A stretch of DNA of 36,498 bases, from the NCBI GenBank assembly GCA_024653905.1, contig JANLGZ010000036.1, positions 1-36,498 on the forward strand, given 5' to 3'. The position numbers were made by a program, and so were the translations under genes. Origin of the DNA: an archaeon. GTDB taxonomy: Archaea > Iainarchaeota > Iainarchaeia > Iainarchaeales > Iainarchaeaceae. The stretch's first letter is position 1; the number at the start of each line of letters is the position of its first letter. Below, piece by piece: positions 26,599 to 36,411 of the stretch. The notes below the pieces were generated by a model. It had not been told where the DNA came from. It did no database searches and saw only the letters and a program-made list of their open reading frames with translations.

Positions 26599-26932
26599 GT
26601 TTTTTGTTTTTCAAAGTTTCAAAAACAAATCTTTGATAGTCAGATAAATCTCTTATAATCTGATTAATCGTGGCTTGCTGTGTTTTTTTATTGCTCAATG
26701 CCACTGCAAGTATAACAAAATAAGTTTCATAAACTAAATAGTAAAGTCTCTTTCCTCCAAACTTCTTCTCCCTGAAAAAACTCAAACCAGATAAAGGTTT
26801 ACCAACTAAATCACCTTTTTCATACAATTGCAGCAAAATTTTATTTACCTGAATTTTTTCTTCAGAAGAAAGCCTTTCAAACTGCTTATCAAACTCATTA
26901 GTTTTAAAAACCTTGAATTTTTGATTATTCAT
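26591..26932 (-). CDS. RelE/ParE-family toxin
   Basis: FKT.EFDKQF..L...VGKPL....FREKK...KRLYYLVYE pattern; the start may be at 26947. Confidence 0.78.
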   Translation of the reverse strand: MNNQKFKVFKTNEFDKQFERLSSEEKIQVNKILLQLYEKGDLVGKPLSGLSFFREKKFGGKRLYYLVYETYFVILAVALSNKKTQQATINQIIRDLSDYQRFVFETLKNKKLI

Positions 26933-26993
26933 AATGAAAATAGCCATTACTATTAAAAAAAGCTTTCAAAGTAAATATTTTTGGTGATGTGGA

Positions 26994-27329
26994 ATGTTTC
27001 CTGGAATGGGTGGAATGGACCCAAGAAAAATGAAAATGATGATGAAGCAACTAGGCATTAAAAATGAGGATATTGATGCCAAAAGAGTAATATTCGAACT
27101 TGAAAATGGAAGATTAATTATTGATAACCCTCAGGTTTCAGCTATTGATATGCAGGGACAAAAAACTTACACTGTAATGGGAGAAGCTCGTGAAGAACAG
27201 GGTGGAATTCCTGAAGAGGACATAAAAATGGTTTGCGAACAAGCGGGTGTTTCTGAAGAAGAAGCTAAAACCGCACTGGAAGAAGCAGACGGGGATATTG
27301 CCGAGGCAATAAGCAAACTAAAAAAATAA
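26994..27329 (+). CDS. nac: Nascent polypeptide-associated complex protein
   Basis: DPRKM..MMKQLGI, NP.VS...QGQKTY and UBA-like A..AL....GDIAEAI. Confidence 0.96.
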   Translation: MFPGMGGMDPRKMKMMMKQLGIKNEDIDAKRVIFELENGRLIIDNPQVSAIDMQGQKTYTVMGEAREEQGGIPEEDIKMVCEQAGVSEEEAKTALEEADGDIAEAISKLKK

Positions 27330-27382
27330 TGCCAAAAGGTCTGAAAGGTCAGAGGCAATTTCTAAATTAAAAAAATAGTTCT

Positions 27383-27859
27383 TTACCCGTGCAGTTGCTT
27401 CAGATTTTCTTCTAAATAAGAGGCACGGTTATACCCGTCTTCCATGAGTTGTTCAAAGTGTTTCATTGTATCAGTATAATTTACAATCATAGCCCTGCAC
27501 TTGTTCAAACCTGGTTCGCCACCATGGGTTTCCAAAAAAGCATGAAGATGCACCAAGGCTTGTTTATACAAAGTTATCTGCCTTTCCCTTAGAGCATTTA
27601 TCGAAGCAATGCACTCAAAAAGAAGCTTTTCCCTTAAGGCATTTCTTCCTTCACTTTCAAAAATCTGTGACTCAAGCGATTCGGCTTTTCTGTCGGTTTT
27701 ATCTAATGACCCAAACAACGATTTCAATTCATGTTCTATTGGCTCGAGTTCTGCCTTGAAAAAGTTTTCAAATTTCTTTTCCATTACTCTTTTTCTTTCT
27801 TCAAGTTTTTTTTTCCCGCCTTCTATAACTTTAAACTTAAACGGTATTTTTGGACGCAT
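27383..27859 (-). CDS. Hypothetical coiled-coil protein
   Basis: 158-aa ORF, basic N-terminus, heptad pattern. Confidence 0.6.
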   Translation of the reverse strand: MRPKIPFKFKVIEGGKKKLEERKRVMEKKFENFFKAELEPIEHELKSLFGSLDKTDRKAESLESQIFESEGRNALREKLLFECIASINALRERQITLYKQALVHLHAFLETHGGEPGLNKCRAMIVNYTDTMKHFEQLMEDGYNRASYLEENLKQLHG

Positions 27860-27890
27860 AAAAGAAAAAGGGTTTCAAACATTAATAAGT

Positions 27891-29237
27891 TTAACTTTCG
27901 ATTTGTACAGGAGCAACTTCCTGTGCCTGAACATCAGTTATTCCGCTTCTTTCGTTTGCAAATACAACCAATGAAAGATTTACTGTTTCTCCTTGGATTT
28001 TTTCAAGGTTTACGAATGCTTCAAAAGAACCAGAACTTAATGAAAATGAAGTGTTTGCATCGAGAATAAAAATCGAGTCTGCTTTGATTATTGCTTTTTG
28101 TAAAGGTTCAATATCAATGTTTGTTTGTGTAATGCTTGCAAGCAAAGCTTCTTTTGATTCTGCTTGAATTGTTCCCTGTAAACTAACTTTTGGTTCTTCG
28201 ATTCTATCAACTTCAAAACCAAACGAATTGAGCCCTTCTTCTAAAGAATCTTTGAAAGAACCAAAATCTGTTCCCGGATTAAACTCAACTACTGCGAAAC
28301 TATTATCAGACGCAATACTGCTGGAAACAGCTCCGTCAAAAGAACTCAAAAAGAAATTCAAATCCTCTGGAAAAAAACTGTTGGCATCAGAAAAATAAAC
28401 ATTTATGCTTGTACTAAGAGGAGAAACTTGAATAGTGGATGTTTCTGCATTATTATTTTCTTCGAGGATTGTTTTTGCATTCTCAAGTACTGCTTTTTTT
28501 GAATAATCAGCAGAAGCTTTTACAAAAAACTCGTTTTCAACAGAATCAATTGGAAAGGAATCTTCTGTAAAGTAAATCTGAGGAGAACTTGAATTATTGC
28601 GCAATTCAAAAGCGGTTAAACTGACTAAATTTTGCCCTTCAAAAGAAGCATTTAATGAAACAATTAAATCATCTCCTTTGAGAGTGTCCATTGTAACATA
28701 TGCCTGTGCCTGAGGCTCGGTAAAAGTATATTCCTGTGTTAGGTCAAGGTCTTCGTTTCGAAATTCTACTGTTTCAGGAATCGAAACTAATGCCTGCGGA
28801 AAAATCTGAACATTGGTTAATGATTCAATTGCATTTATTGATTCAAATGCAGTTCTTATTGCTTCTGGAGAATCAATCCTTAAATCTGCCCTGAAGTTTT
28901 CATTCCTTGCAGAATCATCAAAAAACTGCGGATTATTAACAGAAACAACTTCCTTAATTGCTAATATTTTTGAGGTAGTTTCACTTAATTCAAAATCCCC
29001 TGATTTTGCAAGCAAAACAACTGTGGGAAATAGGTCTATTACAGTAGCCTGAATCTGAGGAACCTCATAAGCAATAGTGGTTGGTGTTTGATTTATTGGA
29101 ACATCTGGAACATACCCCTCAGGAGGAATATTGTTTGAATTATTAGTGTTATCCTGTGAAGCAAATAGCCCAAGTACTGAGCCGAACATTACAATAGCTA
29201 AAAAAATGGCTCCAAGCTGGTTTTTTGTCAATCCCAT
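27891..29237 (-). CDS. Acidic membrane-anchored or secreted hypothetical protein
   Basis: N-terminal hydrophobic helix, N/P-rich linker, acidic ectodomain. Confidence 0.8.
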   Translation of the reverse strand: MGLTKNQLGAIFLAIVMFGSVLGLFASQDNTNNSNNIPPEGYVPDVPINQTPTTIAYEVPQIQATVIDLFPTVVLLAKSGDFELSETTSKILAIKEVVSVNNPQFFDDSARNENFRADLRIDSPEAIRTAFESINAIESLTNVQIFPQALVSIPETVEFRNEDLDLTQEYTFTEPQAQAYVTMDTLKGDDLIVSLNASFEGQNLVSLTAFELRNNSSSPQIYFTEDSFPIDSVENEFFVKASADYSKKAVLENAKTILEENNNAETSTIQVSPLSTSINVYFSDANSFFPEDLNFFLSSFDGAVSSSIASDNSFAVVEFNPGTDFGSFKDSLEEGLNSFGFEVDRIEEPKVSLQGTIQAESKEALLASITQTNIDIEPLQKAIIKADSIFILDANTSFSLSSGSFEAFVNLEKIQGETVNLSLVVFANERSGITDVQAQEVAPVQIES

Positions 29238-29332
29238 TCGTATCACTACTTTTATAATATTATTCAAAGTTAATTGATTAGTTAATCAAGCTGAAAAAGG
29301 CTTTTAAAACAACTTTTTTCGGAAGTGTTTTT

Positions 29333-30082
29333 ATGAAAGAAAAATCATGTATTTTGATTGAGTTTACAGGAAAAGTCAGTGAAAGTGGAAAAATATTTGA
29401 CACAACAGATGAAAAAACCGCAAAAGAAGCAGGTTTGTACAAAGAACAAGCTGTTTTCAAACCAGTTCCAGTCATAATAGGCAACGGAGATGTCCTTAAA
29501 GGTTTAGATATTGCTTTGAGAGAAATGAGTGAAGGCGAATCCAAAAATATTAAACTTTCTCCTGAAAAGGCATTTGGTCAGAGGCAAAAAGAATTAATTG
29601 TTGTTATTCCTGTAAAGCAATTTACTGAAAGAAAAATCAAACCATTCCCTGGATTGATTGTTGATTTGAATGGCCAATATGGAAGAGTTCAGACAGTTTC
29701 TGGAGGAAGAGTTAGAGTTGATTTGAATAATGATTTAGCCGGGAAAGATGTTGAATATTCTGTTAAAATTATTAAAGAAATTAAAACCACTAAAGAGAAA
29801 GCTGAGGTTTTAACTGAAAAATATTTTCCAATGAAGGATAAGAAAGTTGAAACCAAATTAGAGGAAAATATTTTGAAGGTTAAGTTTCCAAAAGAACTGG
29901 CTTCACAAATCGGAGCATTATTGGTTCCTTTTACTAAAACCATAAAAGAAGCGATTCCTGAAATCAAATCAGTTGAATTTGTGGAAAGCTTTGAAGGAAA
30001 AACTGTAAAAGAAAAAGAGAGCAAATCTGGAACGCATACTCACACACATGCTGATGGCACAGTACATCACCATGAGCATTAA
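29333..30082 (+). CDS. FKBP-type peptidyl-prolyl isomerase (long archaeal type) with His-rich tail
   Basis: GKIFDTT, L.PEKAFGQR, SGGRVRVD.N..LAGK motifs; C-terminal HTHTHADGTVHHHEH. Confidence 0.92.
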   Translation: MKEKSCILIEFTGKVSESGKIFDTTDEKTAKEAGLYKEQAVFKPVPVIIGNGDVLKGLDIALREMSEGESKNIKLSPEKAFGQRQKELIVVIPVKQFTERKIKPFPGLIVDLNGQYGRVQTVSGGRVRVDLNNDLAGKDVEYSVKIIKEIKTTKEKAEVLTEKYFPMKDKKVETKLEENILKVKFPKELASQIGALLVPFTKTIKEAIPEIKSVEFVESFEGKTVKEKESKSGTHTHTHADGTVHHHEH

Positions 30083-30120
30083 AATCTGATTAAAGAAAAC
30101 CGACAAACAGCAGGTTGAAC

Positions 30121-30160
30121 GTGACGTCCTCCCACGCCTAAAGGTGTGGGTTTCCCTGTA
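30121..30160 (-). mobile_element. Orphan IS200/IS605-family (TnpB-type) right-end hairpin
   Basis: Minus strand reads GGGAAACCCACACCTTTAGGCGTGGGAGGACGTCAC: a 9-bp stem followed by a terminal TCAC. Confidence 0.7.
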
Positions 30161-30229
30161 TTTTCAAGAAACCCAGTTGGTTAGTTTGGTTTGATAGATG
30201 TTGCCTTGTTCTCTGACATATCTGTGTTG

Positions 30230-30680
30230 ATGGAAAATCAAAATGCGTTAGTTGTTTTTCAAAACAAGAAAATAAGGCGAATATGGCACGAAAATGATTG
30301 GTTTTTTTCAGTAATAAATATTGTAAGCGCCTTGGAAGCGAGCACCCTGCCTAAGAGATATTGGTCTGACTTAAAAGCCAAACTTTCAGAGAAAGGTTTT
30401 GAACCGTACGATAAAATCGTACAGTTGAAAATGCCTGCGGAAGACGGGAAATCAAGGGAAACTGACTGTGCTAACACAAAAAATATGTTTAGAATCATAC
30501 AGTCGATTCCCTAGCCAAAGGCCGAACCATTCAAGCGCTGGCTCGCACAAGTTGGATATGAGCGCGTCCAGGAAATTGAAAATCCCGAACTGTCGCAGGA
30601 ACCATGAAAGAACTTTACAGGGCTAAAGGCTATTCGGACGAATGGATTGAAAAAAGAGTCCGGGGATAGCTGTCAGGGTT
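30230..30680 (+). pseudogene. Bro-N domain protein, decayed
   Basis: IRR.W....WFFSV...RYWSDLK...IIQSIP*PKAEPFKRWLAQVGYER. In-frame TAG at 30512, frameshifts near 30603 and 30665, then truncation. Confidence 0.9.
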
Positions 30681-30939
30681 TTATAGGTAAAAACAAAAAA
30701 AAAGAATAAAGTTCCTTTAAAAAAACGGCTCCCGAAAAAAATCTTTTTAATTCAATTTTCTCAAATTAAGCCAAATAACCGAACAGCAACACCAATAAAG
30801 AAAGTAATATATATATGAGAAAACATTAATTACTAAAAATATTCCGGGGTGTTTTTGCTTCAGGAAACCGCGACCCAAAAAAAAACAGCTAACAATAAAC
30901 ACGCAAAAAAAAACACAAGGAACCTAAAAGGGATTTTGG

Positions 30940-32736
30940 ATGAAAAAGACACTATTAATTTTACTTCTCTTAACAGCAATGATTTCATATGGCTTTGCCG
31001 CAACCGGACCTGTTTATGAAATCAGCAATTTATTGATTAAAAATGCGGCAGGGATAGAAAAATTAAGAGTAGATGGAATAGTGAACAGTCCAGGTTACAC
31101 TGCACAGAGCATCGACCTTTCAAATGCAAATGACAGAACTTTAACGGTATCTTATGCAGTTAAGAATATTGGTGATGCGGATGGAAGTGGTTTTACTGTT
31201 TCCTATACTGGCTTTCGAGCGGCTTATAATTATTATTTGCCAGAAGTTGGTGTTCTCCCTAACATTGTATACGAAAAAAGAGCAGATTCAGCATCTACCT
31301 CTCCTATTCCTCCAGCAAATATAAATATGGGTGCAACTCAAATAATTTCTTTTGAAATACCCGTTTATGAAAACCTACCTGATTACACCTCATTAGGATT
31401 GAATTTTTACCCTACTGATGTTTATATCACAAATAGCGCAAGTACAGGAACATTCACGGCAGCATCATTTTACATAAAAACACCTATTACCCCCCAAAGC
31501 GACAAATGGGAATTTATTCACCCTGAAATAAGATTTGACCCTGCTGTTCCTTCAGCAACAGACAAGTTTGATATTTACATAAAAGCCACTAATTTAGGCC
31601 CTACTCCCCTGACTACAGTTCTTATTGATACCACAAGTAATATCAGCTGTGCAACTCTTGACACAGCCAACAAAACAGTTTATTTGCCTGCTAACGGTGG
31701 CAACACTGAAGTCAAAATAGGACAGGACTGTGAAAGGACAGATGTGTTAAGCTACTGGTCAAGAGTGACTCTGACAAGCGTACACGTTCCGAATTTTTAC
31801 TCCAGAACAACAGCAACGATGCAGTTTGAACCTGCATCAGGACCTGCTTTTATATTTGTTACTTCTCTTTACCCTACAAAAACTTATTTGCAAAGTGACA
31901 CTCCAGATACAATGAAATTATGCACTAATTATACTCCCTCTTCAGGGTCAAATATTAAACTTGGAAAAATAAATTTTAAATTGACTGAACTTACCACTAA
32001 CCATGTAAAATATACAGAAGACATTTCAATGGGGGGTTTAGCACTCGTCCCAGGAACAAATTATGACATTTGTTCGCCTCTTTTTTCATACTCCGCCTTG
32101 GCAGGCGAACCGCCTCTTCTTTCAAACTTTAAGATAGAAATAAAATTTTATGATGATGCAGATAGCTTAATTTCAACAGGTGGCACGAATACGGCAATAA
32201 TAAAAGATTATGATACTTTAACCTGTAACATTTCCCAGGCAATTGGACCATCTCCAACCACTTGTCAGTGTAGCACAACCACCGTTGGTTTGCAAACAAA
32301 ATACACTTGCAATACAACAAGCCCGCAGACCAAAATCATTGTTGTGTCTTTTACAAATTTAGAACAAGGAGAATATGTCTTCTTTGATACATTTGCTGTA
32401 CCAGGCCAAACCTCTCTGACTTATTCTGTGAGCAGCACTTCGCCTCTAATTCTGCAAAACCTGATTAATCCGGATAACAAAACCTTCGAAATCACGATGA
32501 GTTCAATAGCCCCAGTTACAACTCCAAAAACATTCTATGTTTATGCTTACGGTGCAGGTCTCACGGACCCGCTTGTGATAACCGCAAATGGGCAAACTGT
32601 TTCCCTGACGCCAAGTAACGGCAGTATAAACGGCCAGACTGCAACATTTAACCTTGTTCCAGGCACATTATATGATTTTGGTCTTGCTTGGTCAACTTTT
32701 AGTGACATCCTCACCCGCCTGGTAAGTGGGGGATGA
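30940..32736 (+). CDS. Secreted Thr/Ser-rich surface protein with Ig/CARDB-like domains
   Basis: Sec signal MKKTLLILLLL..A; VKNIGD.D and ATNLGP CARDB-like motifs; several Cys. Confidence 0.8.
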   Translation: MKKTLLILLLLTAMISYGFAATGPVYEISNLLIKNAAGIEKLRVDGIVNSPGYTAQSIDLSNANDRTLTVSYAVKNIGDADGSGFTVSYTGFRAAYNYYLPEVGVLPNIVYEKRADSASTSPIPPANINMGATQIISFEIPVYENLPDYTSLGLNFYPTDVYITNSASTGTFTAASFYIKTPITPQSDKWEFIHPEIRFDPAVPSATDKFDIYIKATNLGPTPLTTVLIDTTSNISCATLDTANKTVYLPANGGNTEVKIGQDCERTDVLSYWSRVTLTSVHVPNFYSRTTATMQFEPASGPAFIFVTSLYPTKTYLQSDTPDTMKLCTNYTPSSGSNIKLGKINFKLTELTTNHVKYTEDISMGGLALVPGTNYDICSPLFSYSALAGEPPLLSNFKIEIKFYDDADSLISTGGTNTAIIKDYDTLTCNISQAIGPSPTTCQCSTTTVGLQTKYTCNTTSPQTKIIVVSFTNLEQGEYVFFDTFAVPGQTSLTYSVSSTSPLILQNLINPDNKTFEITMSSIAPVTTPKTFYVYAYGAGLTDPLVITANGQTVSLTPSNGSINGQTATFNLVPGTLYDFGLAWSTFSDILTRLVSGG

Positions 32737-32741
32737 TTTTG

Positions 32742-33410
32742 ATGAAGAAAGCAGGGGTGTTTTTTCTCCTTCTTTGCCTGATTTTTCTGGCTTTACAATC
32801 CTTTGCAATAGCCCCCGGCCAGATTGATTGCAGCAAACCTTATGTGTGCATTAGTGAAGAGCCGGCACCATGCGTGAATAATGGAAGCAGTATTGTATGC
32901 ATCCTTGAAAACGGCGATGAGTGCCTTGATGCAGAATTAGTCAGTTTGATTTGCGGCGGCACTGCAGGAGATAATTATGTGAAAATTGAAATTACAACTG
33001 ATAAAGATGAGTACACGCTTGCGGACACTCTTATAACAGCAACGATTGTTGTCACACGCTTTGAATCTTTTGTGGAATCTGTTAATGTAACAGTGAAAAC
33101 AACAAACGCAGAAAGTGTGATTGTTGAAAGACCTCTTACGCTGACTTTTTCAGGAACGGACGCAACCCAAACAGGAGAAGTTACTTTTGACACAGCAGAC
33201 CTTGGGGAAGGCATGAAAACAATTATTGCACAAATAGACACTGTAAACACAAGCGGAACAGTGCCAGATGAAACGCAATTGTATGACAACACGGATTACA
33301 AAAACATTATACTGAACACAGGACTGGCAACAACAGCAACCCCAGAAATACCACCAGTATTTATTGTGCTTATTTTAATCAGCGTGTTTTTGCTTGTGAA
33401 CAAAAACTAA
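32742..33410 (+). CDS. Secreted protein with Cys-rich region, CARDB-like domain and PEF-CTERM-like tail
   Basis: Signal peptide; Cys cluster; VPDET..YDN; C-terminus TPEIPP, TM helix, NKN. Confidence 0.8.
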   Translation: MKKAGVFFLLLCLIFLALQSFAIAPGQIDCSKPYVCISEEPAPCVNNGSSIVCILENGDECLDAELVSLICGGTAGDNYVKIEITTDKDEYTLADTLITATIVVTRFESFVESVNVTVKTTNAESVIVERPLTLTFSGTDATQTGEVTFDTADLGEGMKTIIAQIDTVNTSGTVPDETQLYDNTDYKNIILNTGLATTATPEIPPVFIVLILISVFLLVNKN

Positions 33411-33496
33411 AAACAAAAATCGATTCTAAACCAAAAATACACAATTCTGATTTTTGAAGAAAAGAAATATATACTTCCGCAGAGTTTTATTTTATT

Positions 33497-33724
33497 ATGG
33501 CTGGAACACACAGAGAACGTCGTAAAGCAGTAAAGCAACACACTACAGAGGATAGAAAAAGCAGACGAGGTGGCAAGGATGCCCATCCTCTTTTTAGAAT
33601 TCCTCCTGAGGTGTTTCGGAAAAAAGTTGATGCTTTAATGGAAGAAGGAATGGGCGAAGCAGATGCAACAGCAAAAATCAGTGATTTGTTTGAAATAGAT
33701 TATAGGGTTAAAAAACCCAATTAA
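33497..33724 (+). CDS. Small hypothetical protein with basic N-terminus
   Basis: 75 aa; own BRE/TATA-like gaaaaagaaatatata about 25 bp upstream. Confidence 0.6.
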   Translation: MAGTHRERRKAVKQHTTEDRKSRRGGKDAHPLFRIPPEVFRKKVDALMEEGMGEADATAKISDLFEIDYRVKKPN

Positions 33725-33802
33725 CACACTCTAAAATACCTTTATAAAGGTTTAGGAAGCGTATTAGTTTAGGCTCAATAAAACTATTTTTGGGATTTTT
33801 TT

Positions 33803-34438
33803 ATGATTCAGGATATTAAAACAGGCACTACTACTGTAGGAGTAATATTTGATGGTGGCGTTGTACTAGCGGCAGATCAAAGAGCAAGCATGGGGCATAT
33901 TGCTTATGATGATGAATCTGAAAAAATTTACAAAATTAACAGTAAATTAGCAGTTACAAATGCAGGAAATGTCGGGGATAGTTTAGCAGTAATAAGGTTT
34001 TTGAAAAGCCACTCAAGAATTTATGAACTTGAAAGAAACGAAACAATGACTGCAAGAGCAGCAACAACATTTTTATCAAACATTTTGAATGGGAATAGAT
34101 ATGCTCCTTATATTGTTCAGTTAGTAGTTGGCGGTTTTAATGGAAAACCAGAATTATTTGATCTTACTCCTTACGGCGGAATTCTCGAACGAGATAAGTA
34201 CGCTGTTTCTGGTTCAGGCACAGAACAGGCTTTGAACACTCTTGACCTTGGATACAAAAAAGGCATGAATGAAAAAGAAGCAATTACTCTTGCAATAAGG
34301 GCAATTGAATCAGGAAAGAGAAGGGATCTTTACTCTGGAGGAGTTAGTGTAACAGCATTTGTTATTGACTCAAAAGGTGTAAGGCAACTTTCTAAGGAGC
34401 AGGCAGAGAAAGTATCCAAAGAAGTCAAAACTGCTTAA
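33803..34438 (+). CDS. psmB: Proteasome subunit beta
   Basis: Propeptide ending KTG|TTTVG; AADQRAS.G, GSG and RD.YSG motifs. Confidence 0.97.
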   Translation: MIQDIKTGTTTVGVIFDGGVVLAADQRASMGHIAYDDESEKIYKINSKLAVTNAGNVGDSLAVIRFLKSHSRIYELERNETMTARAATTFLSNILNGNRYAPYIVQLVVGGFNGKPELFDLTPYGGILERDKYAVSGSGTEQALNTLDLGYKKGMNEKEAITLAIRAIESGKRRDLYSGGVSVTAFVIDSKGVRQLSKEQAEKVSKEVKTA

Positions 34439-34503
34439 TTGCTTTTGAATTAAATTACTGATCAAAAAATTTTTTTTCTTAAATACATTTTAGGGATTAA
34501 TTC

Positions 34504-36411
34504 ATGGAAAACACAGACTATTTGAAAGAAGTAAAAGACACAATAAATGCTATAGTTCCGAAAGAAGCAGAAATAACCTCAATAGACCTTGAGGGCCCGG
34601 AAGTAGCTATTTACACGAAAAAGCCAAAAATGTTTCACGAAAACGAAGATTACGTGAAAAATATTGCTTTCCAGTTAAAGAAAAAGGTAAACATCAGAGC
34701 AGATAAATCATTATTGATTGATCAGAAAGAGGCAAAAGAAGCAATAATGAGAATTGTTCCGGAAGATGCACAAATAACTGAAATACAATTTAGTGAACCT
34801 TTCAGTGAAGTTGTGATTGAATGTTTAAAACCAGGATTGGTTATTGGAAAAGGCGGACAAACAAGTAAACAAATTATTCTTGAAACAGGATGGACGCCTA
34901 ATATTCTAAGAGCTCCAACTCAACCAAGTGATGTTTTGAGAGGGGTAAGAAATCATTTGAATAAATATGCTGCTGAAAGGAAAAAAATCCTGCAACAAAC
35001 TGCTAATAAAATTTATTCTGAAAAATCAAGCCCAAGCTGGATTAGATTAACTCCATTAGGAGGTTTCAGACAGGTTGGAAGAAGTTGTATTCTTTTGGAA
35101 ACAAGAAAAACTAAAGTATTATTGGATTGCGGAATCAATGTAGCAGCACAGAATAATGAAGATGCTTTTCCTTTTTTAGATGCAATAAGGTTTCCAATTG
35201 ATGAACTTGATGCAGTTATTTTAAGTCATGCTCACATGGATCACTCTGGATTTATACCATATTTATTCAAACTTGGTTACAGGGGACCTGTTTATTGTAC
35301 GGAACCGACAAGGGATTTAATCGCGATTTTGCTTTTTGATTACATTGATATTAATGCCAAAGATAACAAAGACGGGCCTTATCAGGAAAGAGACGTTAAA
35401 GAAATGCTGAAATACTGCATTACAAGAGAGTATAGAGAGGTTACTGATATTGCACCAGATATGAGATTGACATTCCATAATGCGGCGCATATTCTTGGAA
35501 GTGCTTCTGTACATTTGCATATTGGAGAAGGTGCCCATAATCTTGTTTATAGTGCGGATATAAAATACGGTTTTACAAGGCTATTCAATAATGTTGATAG
35601 TAATTATCCAAGGCTTGAAACTCTGATAGTTGAAAGCACTTATGGTGGAAGGGATGATATTCAAACCCCAAGGGAAGATTCTGAGGTTCAGTTTTTGAAA
35701 GTAATACAGGAAACAATAAGGCAAGGCGGTTCGATTTTAGTTCCAAGCTTTGCTGTAGGAAGAGCACAAGAGATTCAGCTTATTATTGAAAATTTTTACA
35801 GACGCGGTTTAATTGATCAGGATGTGAGGGTTTACATTGATGGAATGATTAAAGAGAGTTCAGCAATTCACACTGCTTACCCTGAATATTTAAGAAATGC
35901 AGTACAGAAAAGGGTTTTACAGAACGATAGTCCTTTTACATCAGATATTTTTGAAGTTGCTACACCCGATCAGAGAGATGAGATTATAAAAAACGGAAAA
36001 GCGATTATAATTGCTTCAAGCGGAATGTTAACTGGAGGAGCAAGTGTACAGTATTTTTACAAAATGGCAGAAGACCCAATCAATACAATGGTATTTGTTG
36101 GTTACCAAGGAGAAGGTTCTTTGGGAAGAAAGGTTCAATCTGGGTTGAAAAGCATTCCAGTAACAATGGATAATGGAAGAACAAGAAGACTAAACATTAA
36201 TATGCGCCTTGAGACTTTAGATGGTTTTTCAGGACACTCAGATAGGAAGCAATTACAGGCATATGTAAGAAATTTGAAGCCAAAACCAAAAAGAATCCTA
36301 ACAGACCACGGAGAAGCATCAAAAACAATAGAACTAGCTAAATACTTCTCACAAAAGTTCGGAATAAGCTCACAATCCATAAATAATTTGGACAGCGTAA
36401 GATTACGCTAA
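34504..36411 (+). CDS. fttA: Beta-CASP ribonuclease aCPSF1 (FttA)
   Basis: N-terminal KH domains; SHAHMDH, HILGS, ESTYG, GFSGHSD motifs; conserved position after psmB. Confidence 0.95.
   Translation: MENTDYLKEVKDTINAIVPKEAEITSIDLEGPEVAIYTKKPKMFHENEDYVKNIAFQLKKKVNIRADKSLLIDQKEAKEAIMRIVPEDAQITEIQFSEPFSEVVIECLKPGLVIGKGGQTSKQIILETGWTPNILRAPTQPSDVLRGVRNHLNKYAAERKKILQQTANKIYSEKSSPSWIRLTPLGGFRQVGRSCILLETRKTKVLLDCGINVAAQNNEDAFPFLDAIRFPIDELDAVILSHAHMDHSGFIPYLFKLGYRGPVYCTEPTRDLIAILLFDYIDINAKDNKDGPYQERDVKEMLKYCITREYREVTDIAPDMRLTFHNAAHILGSASVHLHIGEGAHNLVYSADIKYGFTRLFNNVDSNYPRLETLIVESTYGGRDDIQTPREDSEVQFLKVIQETIRQGGSILVPSFAVGRAQEIQLIIENFYRRGLIDQDVRVYIDGMIKESSAIHTAYPEYLRNAVQKRVLQNDSPFTSDIFEVATPDQRDEIIKNGKAIIIASSGMLTGGASVQYFYKMAEDPINTMVFVGYQGEGSLGRKVQSGLKSIPVTMDNGRTRRLNINMRLETLDGFSGHSDRKQLQAYVRNLKPKPKRILTDHGEASKTIELAKYFSQKFGISSQSINNLDSVRLR

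Noticed and set aside
30512-30514. In-frame TAG as a sign of recoding or pyrrolysine
   Set aside because: The same gene has frameshifts and a truncation, and TAG ends other genes in the window normally.
30840-30880. Possible hairpin in the long leader of the surface-protein gene
   Set aside because: Pairing needs many G-U pairs and bulges; not supportable by eye.
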